From: Thermofilum pendens Hrk 5
Lineage (GTDB): Archaea > Thermoproteota > Thermoprotei > Thermofilales > Thermofilaceae
Assembly: GCF_000015225.1 (NCBI RefSeq)
Contig: NC_008698.1
Coordinates: 1,050,001 to 1,082,000 of the forward strand
Direction of reading: 5' to 3'
Length of the DNA: 32,000 bases
The translations under genes were made by a program, and so were the position numbers. Shown here piece after piece: positions 16,268 through 22,769 of this stretch. The notes beneath the pieces were generated by a model. That model saw only the letters and a list, made by a program, of their open reading frames with translations, ran no database searches and was not told the DNA's origin. The stretch's first letter is position 1. The number at the start of each line of letters is the position of its first letter.

Positions 16268-17839
16268 TTAGTAGCCGTACGCCCAGGGAACCTCCTTGGC
16301 CCAGCCGAGCGCCCGCTTGACGGCGGCCTTCCAGCCGGCGTAGAGCTGTTCCCTTTTCTCGCGGCTCATCTGGGGCGTAAACCTCTTCTCCTCCCTCCAG
16401 AGCCTCCCCACCTCGTCCAGGCTGCTCCAAACGCCTACAGCTAAACCCGCCAGGTAGGCTGCCCCGAGAGCGGTCGTCTCCCGTACGAGGGGTCTTACAA
16501 CGTCTACTCCCAGAATGTCTGCCTGGAACTGTAGGAGGAAGTCGCTCCTTGCAGCGCCCCCGTCCGCTTTAAGAATCCTCACAGCGTAGCCAGCATCTGC
16601 CTGCATGGCTTCCACAACGTCCCTCGTGAGGTAGGCTATGCTTTCGAGTACTGCCCGCGCTAAATGCTTTCTCGTGGTTCCGCGGGTAATCCCTATGATG
16701 AGCCCCCTCGCGTAGGGATCCCAGTAGGGGGCTCCGAGCCCCGTGAACGCCGGGACGAAGTACAGCCCGCCCGTATCGTCCGCCGACTCCGCGAGGGGGT
16801 CGATCTCCGGGGACACTTCTATCAGTTTCAGCCCGTCTCTTAGCCACTGGATAGCAGCCCCAGTTATGAATATGCTTCCTTCGAGCGCGTAGGTCGCTCT
16901 ACCCTTTGATAGAGAGTAGAACACCGTGGTTAGAAGCCCGCTCCTCGAGTAGCGTATCTCCCCGCCTGTATTCATGAGTATAAAGTTCCCGGTGCCATAC
17001 GTGCATTTAACGTCTCCCGGCGTGAACCCCGCCTGCCCGAATAGCGCTGCCTGCTGGTCTCCAGCGTCCCCGGCGACGGCTATGCTCTTACCGTTGAATA
17101 TACCGTTAAGTTCCGGGCCGGTGTACCCGTATATCTCCGGGTCCGAGGAGGGCCTCGGCGTTGGAAGAGAGTCCTCCGGTATCCCGCCCATAGCCTCCAG
17201 TAGCTCTGGGTCCCACTCAAGCCTCTTTATGTTGAACAACATGGTCCTACTGGCGTTTGAGTAGTCGGTTACATGGGCGCCGCCTTTCTCAGGGGTTAAC
17301 ACCTCCCTGGATCCGCGCGTAAGGTTCCATATGATCCAGGAGTCTATCGTGCCGAAGACAGCCTCCCGCCTAGCTACCTTTTCGCGAAGCCCCTCCACGT
17401 TCTCGAGCAACCACTGTATCTTGCTCCCGGAGAAGTAGGGGTCCGGGATAAGCCCGGTCTTCTCGCGTATCTCCTCCAGCCGCTCCTCCTTCAATTTATC
17501 AGTTATCGGGGCTGTACGCCTATCCTGCCACACTATCGCGTTGTAGAGAGGGTTCCCGGTGCGGACGTCCCAGACGACAACAGTCTCCCTCTGGTTAGTC
17601 ACTCCTATCGCGGCTATCTCGCCCGGGTCCACCTTGGACCTCCTCACGGCGTCCCTTATGCACTCTAGCGTTTTCTCCCAGATCTCTAGGGGGTTGTGCT
17701 CAACCCACCCAGGCCTGGGGTAGATCTGCGTGTGCTCCCTGTAAGACCACCCGCCAGGCACGGGTCTACCTTCCGGGTCGAAAATAGCCGCTCGGGTTCC
17801 AGTAGTACCCTGATCTATTACCAAGACTAGCTTTGACAT
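16268..17839 (-). CDS. glpK: Glycerol kinase
   Basis: 523 aa, colinear with the FGGY-family glycerol kinase pattern: [50 protein letters not shown], and [23 protein letters not shown]-like TTTATATTTTTTA lies on the minus strand at about 17857-17875. Confidence 0.95.
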   Translation of the reverse strand: MSKLVLVIDQGTTGTRAAIFDPEGRPVPGGWSYREHTQIYPRPGWVEHNPLEIWEKTLECIRDAVRRSKVDPGEIAAIGVTNQRETVVVWDVRTGNPLYNAIVWQDRRTAPITDKLKEERLEEIREKTGLIPDPYFSGSKIQWLLENVEGLREKVARREAVFGTIDSWIIWNLTRGSREVLTPEKGGAHVTDYSNASRTMLFNIKRLEWDPELLEAMGGIPEDSLPTPRPSSDPEIYGYTGPELNGIFNGKSIAVAGDAGDQQAALFGQAGFTPGDVKCTYGTGNFILMNTGGEIRYSRSGLLTTVFYSLSKGRATYALEGSIFITGAAIQWLRDGLKLIEVSPEIDPLAESADDTGGLYFVPAFTGLGAPYWDPYARGLIIGITRGTTRKHLARAVLESIAYLTRDVVEAMQADAGYAVRILKADGGAARSDFLLQFQADILGVDVVRPLVRETTALGAAYLAGLAVGVWSSLDEVGRLWREEKRFTPQMSREKREQLYAGWKAAVKRALGWAKEVPWAYGY

Positions 17840-18018
17840 AGCTTAAATGGCTTGAGGATAAAAAATATAAAGATTCCTTTTGAAACAAAGCGTTGGAGTA
17901 GCCTTTCGACTCATTCGTGCGCAGGAAGTATGGGTACATTCACGCTCGGATGGAGGCTTGTAAAAGGAACATACGCGGCAGATGGGCTTGAAACGAGAAC
18001 TCATGTAAACAACACTTG

Positions 18019-18048
18019 GTAGACATGTGCTTCTCTTTTTATGTCTAC
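18019..18048. promoter_or_regulatory. Inverted repeat GTAGACAT-N14-ATGTCTAC just upstream of the trx TATA box
   Basis: 8-bp perfect arms (18019-18026 / 18041-18048) with a T-rich loop, 16 nt upstream of TTTATAG (18064-18070). Confidence 0.45.
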
Positions 18049-18099
18049 TTTCGTAGTGAAACGTTTATAGGTTCTGCTTCTCTAGGCTACTGGTCGCGT

Positions 18100-18513
18100 A
18101 TGGAGGAGGTCGAGCTGATAAAGAGGAGGATGCTGAGAGAGCTGGTCTCTAGGAGGGGCTCCACCGCGGGGAGCGCCCGTTGCCCCTACGAGAGGTGGGC
18201 TAGAGCCCCTACGTTCAACGACGCGCTGTCTAAGTGTAAGGTGGCGCTTGCGGATTTCTGGGCTGAGTGGTGCGGGCCCTGCAGGTTAACGGAGCCTATC
18301 TTCGAGGAGCTCGCCGCCAAGTATGCCGGGAGGGTCGCCTTCCTCAAGGTGAACGTAGACGAGAACCCCGACCTCGCGGTGCAGTACGACGTTATGAGCA
18401 TACCCACGATGATAGTGTTTAAGGGTGGCAAGGAGTTCAAGCGCTTCATAGGGTACTCCCCGCTACTCGCGAGGCAACTCGACCTAACGCTTCAAGGGCT
18501 AATAGCCGGGTAG
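18100..18513 (+). CDS. trxA: Thioredoxin
   Basis: 137 aa from the ATG at 18100, with TATA TTTATAG at 18064-18070 30 nt upstream. Active site WAEWCGPC, and the downstream YDVMSIPTMIVFKGG typical of thioredoxins. The supplied ORF start at 18016 is probably an upstream over-extension. Confidence 0.9.
   Translation: MEEVELIKRRMLRELVSRRGSTAGSARCPYERWARAPTFNDALSKCKVALADFWAEWCGPCRLTEPIFEELAAKYAGRVAFLKVNVDENPDLAVQYDVMSIPTMIVFKGGKEFKRFIGYSPLLARQLDLTLQGLIAG
18238..18297 (+). repeat. Copy 1 of a 60-bp direct repeat (thioredoxin active-site region); copy 2 is at 20163-20222
   Basis: aaggtggcgcttgcggAtttctgggCtgagtggtgcgggccctgcaggttaacggagcct compared with the same string carrying G and T at the two capitalised positions. 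By my hand alignment that is 58 of 60 identical. Confidence 0.85.
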
Positions 18514-18758
18514 CGCGCACTGTAGAGCAAGGGCCGACGAAGCACTTAAGTTCTGCAACGACTCCAAGTGGCACGAGTACCTACGCAGGTTCCCGGACTC
18601 AGCTGTACCACTTGAGTGCATCGAGGCGCTTTGTGAAGCAGTAGAGCGGGGTGTACGCGTAGATCCCTACAAGCTGCTGATTGACTGTGCTAAGCACCCG
18701 GGTACGTGCAAAGCCGATTAGGCCCGTGTTGCTAATTCGTATGGGCACGAAAGGCTGT

Positions 18759-18780
18759 AAGGTGTATCAAAGGTGTATCA
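18759..18780. repeat. Tandem 11-bp repeat AAGGTGTATCA x2, preceded by a degenerate third copy (AAGGCTGTA at 18751-18759)
   Basis: Read directly from aaggctgta aggtgtatca aaggtgtatca. It lies in the non-coding gap between the start-less ORF and the 3' end of the ATPase gene. Confidence 0.7.
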
Positions 18781-18834
18781 CTTATAGAGAAGAGAAGCAA
18801 CTGTGACTTTCTCAAGCAGTCGATGAGCCCAGAA

Positions 18835-20100
18835 CTACAATTGTTGCTGTAGCTTTTTCACACGTGTCCTAGCTAGTTCGAGTAGGTTTTCCGCGCTGAA
18901 TACTTCTATCCCCTTCGGCTCTCTCGGCAGAACGTCCCCTCTTGGAACCACCAAGATCTTCCTGCACTTATACCTCGACAGCCTTTCCTCGATCTTCTCG
19001 ACGTCGCTTGAAGTGAGAGTCTCCCTCCACTTTACCTCCACCGCTGCCTTAAGCGATTTAAAGTCTACAAGAGCCACGTCTACCTCGTGTCCTGGCTCAA
19101 CTATCTTCTCAGCCCAGAGCCCCATCGACTTGGAGAGTAGGTAGGCAACGAACTGTTCAACGTAGAGAGGCATTTTCTCCCTCAGCACTCTCAAGGCTTG
19201 CTCCTCCTCCAATTCCCTCTCGCTTATACCGTACTTTGCGTCCATGTAGAAGAAGAGGTCAACCACGGGGGAAACATGCCTGTACATGTATCTATTCTTC
19301 CCGTAGAACTTCACCTTCTCGAGTATCCCTATCCTCTCCAAGACTCTGAGGTAAGGATGCACTAAGCTTGGATCCTGGGCGGCCATGAGCCTGTTGGAGT
19401 AGAGGTAAGCCGCTATTTCCGACGAGACGCTCTTCCCGCTGGCTACAGCTTTAAGTACTCCCTCATACACTCTTGAAAGAAAGCGCTCCTCCTCCCTGAA
19501 TACCTCGCCTACAAGAGCCGGCACCGTGTACCTCAGGGTCTGCACGACCCCTCTCTCGAAGTTGCTTGCTCTCTCCCACACCGGAGTGAGCCACGGCTCC
19601 CTGAGCAGGACGGATACTTCAACAAGTCTTTTCGGGTCTGAAACATAGCTCGACAAGTTCACCAGTATGTCTGCCTCGTCAACCAGGCCCATCTTGAACT
19701 CTGTCATCATGCCGAGCAATGGGGATCTACCACTGAGAATTTCCCTCGAAAGCCACAGGGTGGAGGAAACAGCGACTAGGCGCCCCCTGGTCCCCAGGCT
19801 ATGCAACATGTCGCTAAACTCGCTGGGCAACCTTTGGAACTCATCGACCACGACAGTCTCATTGTGCTTCAGCTTCTCAGCTAGTTCCCTTCTGAAGGCC
19901 TCGTAGCTTATCCTCTCGGAGTCGACGAAGATTTCCCCCTCCCTGCCGACAAAGTAGTACGAGTCCCACTTAGTGAAATTTCTGATGAAGTAGCTTTTTC
20001 CAACTTTCCTCCTCCCGTAGACGAGAACCCAGGCTCCTGTACTCTTCCACCTGGCCAAATCCGAATGCCTCACTATACTAACCACAGTTAGACTAACCAT
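18835..20100 (-). CDS. Archaeal ATPase family protein (AAA-type P-loop domain plus DUF234-like C-terminal domain)
   Basis: 421 aa. Walker A VYGRRKVGKSYF and Walker B VVVDEFQRL. The C-terminal half has a winged-helix-like segment and a DUF234-like end (VDVALVDF...AVEVKWRE). My hand counts of two 60-nt lines give 28/60 G+C each, against 39/60 for one line in the membrane-protein gene at 21902-22768. Confidence 0.85.
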   Translation of the reverse strand: MVSLTVVSIVRHSDLARWKSTGAWVLVYGRRKVGKSYFIRNFTKWDSYYFVGREGEIFVDSERISYEAFRRELAEKLKHNETVVVDEFQRLPSEFSDMLHSLGTRGRLVAVSSTLWLSREILSGRSPLLGMMTEFKMGLVDEADILVNLSSYVSDPKRLVEVSVLLREPWLTPVWERASNFERGVVQTLRYTVPALVGEVFREEERFLSRVYEGVLKAVASGKSVSSEIAAYLYSNRLMAAQDPSLVHPYLRVLERIGILEKVKFYGKNRYMYRHVSPVVDLFFYMDAKYGISERELEEEQALRVLREKMPLYVEQFVAYLLSKSMGLWAEKIVEPGHEVDVALVDFKSLKAAVEVKWRETLTSSDVEKIEERLSRYKCRKILVVPRGDVLPREPKGIEVFSAENLLELARTRVKKLQQQL

Positions 20101-20162
20101 GATTATACTTTATAACCCTTTCTTTTAAGTTACCGACCGCGTGTGGAGGAGATTGGGCAGGC

Positions 20163-20290
20163 AAGGTGGCGCTTGCGGGTTTCTGGGTTGAGTGGTGCGG
20201 GCCCTGCAGGTTAACGGAGCCTTCAAGCGCACGGATACCCGGGCTCAGCGTGGCGGGAGGGCTCGCGCCTTCCGCTTTCTACCAGGTTTG
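20163..20290 (+). pseudogene. Decayed thioredoxin remnant: 5'-truncated, and frameshifted or diverged after the CGPC region
   Basis: It begins exactly at the 60-bp repeat and encodes ALAGFWVEWCGPCRLTEP. It has no homology to trx upstream of that point. Downstream it stays colinear but decayed: CGGGAGGG and CGCCTTCC blocks occur 31 nt after the repeat, against 29 nt in intact trx. The supplied ORF 20166..20402 is this remnant read through into spacer. Confidence 0.7.
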
Positions 20291-20398
20291 TAAGGTTACA
20301 TGCAGGTTCGTGAAGGTTAAGCACACTGTGGTCTACTTCATGCGCGCGAGCGATAAGCATTTCTGGCGAAGCCGGGTATTCTTACTCGGCAGAGGAGC

Positions 20399-20788
20399 GT
20401 GAGGGAAGAGGCCTCGCTGTGGTTCAGGCAGGCAGAGAGGGACCTCGAAAAGGCGAGGAACGACCTAGTCACACATGACTGGGATTCGGCGGCTTTCTGG
20501 AGCCAGCAAGCAGCTGAGAAGGCCTTGAAAGCCCTCCTTCTAAGCCGGGGGAGGGTCTATAGGGGGCACAGCCTGCTCGCCTTGGCGGAAACCGCTAAGA
20601 GCGAGCTGGGGCTAAGCGTCGACGATATCATCGGGGATTTGAGGGAGCTCACAGTTCACTACACGATTTCGAGGTACCCCAACGCGGCGAACGCTTTTCC
20701 CTACGAGCTCTACGACGAGGCGAAGGCGAGGGAGCTGGTGGAGAGGGCCAGGAGGGTCGTGGAATGGGTAAGGCGCCATCTGCCCTAA
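20399..20788 (+). CDS. HEPN domain protein (putative RNase toxin of a HEPN/MNT module)
   Basis: 129 aa. Typical HEPN helices (AERDLEKARNDL..., FWSQQAAEKALKALLL...GHSLLAL) and an Rx4H motif within RELTVHYTISRYP. GTG start at 20399. Confidence 0.85.
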   Translation: MREEASLWFRQAERDLEKARNDLVTHDWDSAAFWSQQAAEKALKALLLSRGRVYRGHSLLALAETAKSELGLSVDDIIGDLRELTVHYTISRYPNAANAFPYELYDEAKARELVERARRVVEWVRRHLP

Positions 20789-21108
20789 GGTCCCAGGAGA
20801 AGGCCCTGGAGGTTGCGAAGAGGGTTGCCGGGAGGGCTGCCAAGCTCTGCGAGGGCAGGGGGTTCAAGCTCGTGGGTGCCTACCTGGTTGGTAGCAGGGC
20901 ACGGGGAGACTACCTGGAGACTAGCGACGTCGACCTGGTACTCGTGGTCGAAGGCGTGGAGGGGCTAAACGCCCTGCAGAGGCTCGAGCTTTTCAAAGAG
21001 GTCCTGGAGCCGGAAGTCGATCTCCTCGTGCTCTCCCCCGAAGAGTGGCGGGAAGGGCGTAGCGCCTGGGTGGAAACCCTCAAGAAGGAAGCCGTACCCC
21101 TAGTCTAG
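20764..21108 (+). CDS. Minimal nucleotidyltransferase (MNT; pol-beta superfamily), partner of the HEPN protein
   Basis: 114 aa. The GS...DxD signature appears as LVGSRARGDYLETSDVDLVLVV. It overlaps the HEPN gene by 25 nt. Confidence 0.85.
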   Translation: MGKAPSALRSQEKALEVAKRVAGRAAKLCEGRGFKLVGAYLVGSRARGDYLETSDVDLVLVVEGVEGLNALQRLELFKEVLEPEVDLLVLSPEEWREGRSAWVETLKKEAVPLV

Positions 21109-21166
21109 AGTCTCGCGCGCTAATAGAAAACTTTATCTTCTTACCTGGCTCCTAGCCCTGATTCGA

Positions 21167-21880
21167 ATGAGCGGCTTGGAGAAGGTTTTGGCGGAAGTGA
21201 AGGTGTTTTCCTTCGATGTCGACGGGACGTTGCTGGACAGCTACACGTACATGAGGGACGTGCTCCAGATACTCCTGCTCTACATAGGCGTGCCTGCAGG
21301 CATGCTGGAGATGGTGACGGACGATGTGTACAGGTCTTGGTACGATCTCGAGAAGAGGGGCGTGTTCGACTACGGCAAGATGCACCTTTTCCTAGAGGAG
21401 TTCGCGAGGAAGTACGCGGTCCCGGTGAGGTACGACGTCAAGGAGTTCCAGGACCTACTCCTGGAGGCGAGAGTTAAGGGCTCGGAGCCCTACAGGTGCG
21501 CCGTGAAGCTACTATCGGAGCTGAAGAAGAGGGGGAAGATCGTTGTAAGCGTGTCGGGAGGCGACGGTGTCCCCGGCATGAAGAGGAGGCGCATAGAGGA
21601 GGGCGTACCCGTGAAGCTCTTCGACAAGATACTCGTAGTCCCCGAGGACGCTCCGTCGAGGGTGGAGGCCCTCAACGCCGTGAGGGAGGAGTTCGGGGTG
21701 TCAAACGAGGAGGTGCTACACGTAGACGACAGGCCTCAGCACGCGGCCGAGGCGTACAGCGCGGGCTTCAAAGCCATGGTCGTGAAGACGGGCTTCTACG
21801 ACCCGTACTTCCGGTTGCCGGACGGCGTCCTGGTAGTCGACGACCTCTGCGCGGTGCTGGACGCCCTGTCGAAGCTCTAG
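21167..21880 (+). CDS. HAD-superfamily hydrolase (phosphatase-like)
   Basis: 237 aa. Motif I FSFDVDGTLLDS (DxDGT). Motif II-like VSVSGG. Late motif HVDDRPQH..A (the DD of motif IV). Confidence 0.8.
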   Translation: MSGLEKVLAEVKVFSFDVDGTLLDSYTYMRDVLQILLLYIGVPAGMLEMVTDDVYRSWYDLEKRGVFDYGKMHLFLEEFARKYAVPVRYDVKEFQDLLLEARVKGSEPYRCAVKLLSELKKRGKIVVSVSGGDGVPGMKRRRIEEGVPVKLFDKILVVPEDAPSRVEALNAVREEFGVSNEEVLHVDDRPQHAAEAYSAGFKAMVVKTGFYDPYFRLPDGVLVVDDLCAVLDALSKL

Positions 21881-21901
21881 GCTGTACGGGACTGTCGCGG
21901 T

Positions 21902-22768
21902 ATGGTGCCCCTAGACTCCTGGAGCGTTGTTACCGTTTTTGTCGCGTCCGTGGTGGTAGGTAGGGCGCTGAGGCTTAGCCTGCCCAAGGCTTTCTTCGAC
22001 GTCTCGGTGGGCGTCCTAGTTTGGGCTATAAGCGCGTGGGCGGCGTCGAGCGGCCTGGAAGCGCTAAAGTACTCGCTGGCGCAGACCCTCCTCTTCCTGG
22101 CGGCAATAGTGTGCTACGTGGTGGTGCTGGGCGCCCTAGCCTCAAGAGGCGCGGCGCACGCTAGAGCGGGCGCGCGACCCCGGCCCAACGTATACCTCTT
22201 GGCGCTTATAGCCGTGGGCTGGGCGTCGGGCCTCTCGGCGGGCTGGCTTAGACCCTACCTTTCGGAGGCGCTACCGGTGCTCGTGCTCGCAGTCATAGCG
22301 GCTACGGGGCTCACGATGCACTCAGCCTTAAGCGTAGCTTCTCTGAGGAGAGGAGGGGTCGTCGCCCTAAAGGCTGTCGCTGTAACCCTGGCGTCGGCGG
22401 TACTCGCGGGGCTTACGGTGGCTGCCCTCCTCGGGCTTTCCCCGCACTACGCCCTCTCGGTCACCCTGGGGCTGGGCTGGTACAGCTTCGCGGGGTCCTT
22501 CGTCGCCCAGTTCCTGGGCCCCGAGCAGGGCTTCACGGCCTTCCTTGTGAACATTCTGAGGGAGCAGTTGACCTTCGCCCTCGTCCCGGTCATCTCGAGG
22601 TTCAGGGTGTCGGCGATAAGCCTTGGCGGCGCTACGACGATGGACAACACGCTTCCAGTCTACGCGTACGTGTACGGCGACGACGCGGTTGTCCCGAGCA
22701 TAGTCCACGGGTTCCTCTTGACGTTCCTCGTGCCCTTCCTGGAGGCCCTCGTGGTCCGGGCTGTGTGA
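21902..22768 (+). CDS. Polytopic membrane protein, possibly LysO/DUF340 family exporter
   Basis: 288 aa with about 8 TM helices and a two-halves architecture. GLGWYSFAGSF and LGGATTMDNTLPV resemble DUF340 motifs as I recall them. The family call is tentative. Confidence 0.5.
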   Translation: MVPLDSWSVVTVFVASVVVGRALRLSLPKAFFDVSVGVLVWAISAWAASSGLEALKYSLAQTLLFLAAIVCYVVVLGALASRGAAHARAGARPRPNVYLLALIAVGWASGLSAGWLRPYLSEALPVLVLAVIAATGLTMHSALSVASLRRGGVVALKAVAVTLASAVLAGLTVAALLGLSPHYALSVTLGLGWYSFAGSFVAQFLGPEQGFTAFLVNILREQLTFALVPVISRFRVSAISLGGATTMDNTLPVYAYVYGDDAVVPSIVHGFLLTFLVPFLEALVVRAV

Positions 22769-22769
22769 G

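Noticed and set aside
18298-20162. Calling the repeat-bracketed segment a bona fide mobile element
   Set aside because: I can recognise no integrase, transposase, terminal inverted repeats or replication gene in it. Only the direct repeat, the composition shift and the displaced gene fragment support a mobile origin. I therefore report it as a finding, not as a mobile_element feature.
20166-20402. 78-aa ORF MALAGFWVEWCGPCRLTEP... as a functional small thioredoxin-like gene
   Set aside because: Only about 18 residues match thioredoxin. It lacks the N-terminal beta-alpha unit and everything after the CGPC helix is unrelated or decayed. I treat it as a pseudogene remnant or att-like scar instead.
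21150-21170. tRNA-like T-loop string (gattcgaatga)
   Set aside because: There is no flanking acceptor, D or anticodon stem complementarity. The string overlaps the start codon of the HAD hydrolase gene. I found no other GGTTCGAATCC-like T-arm in the window by eye.
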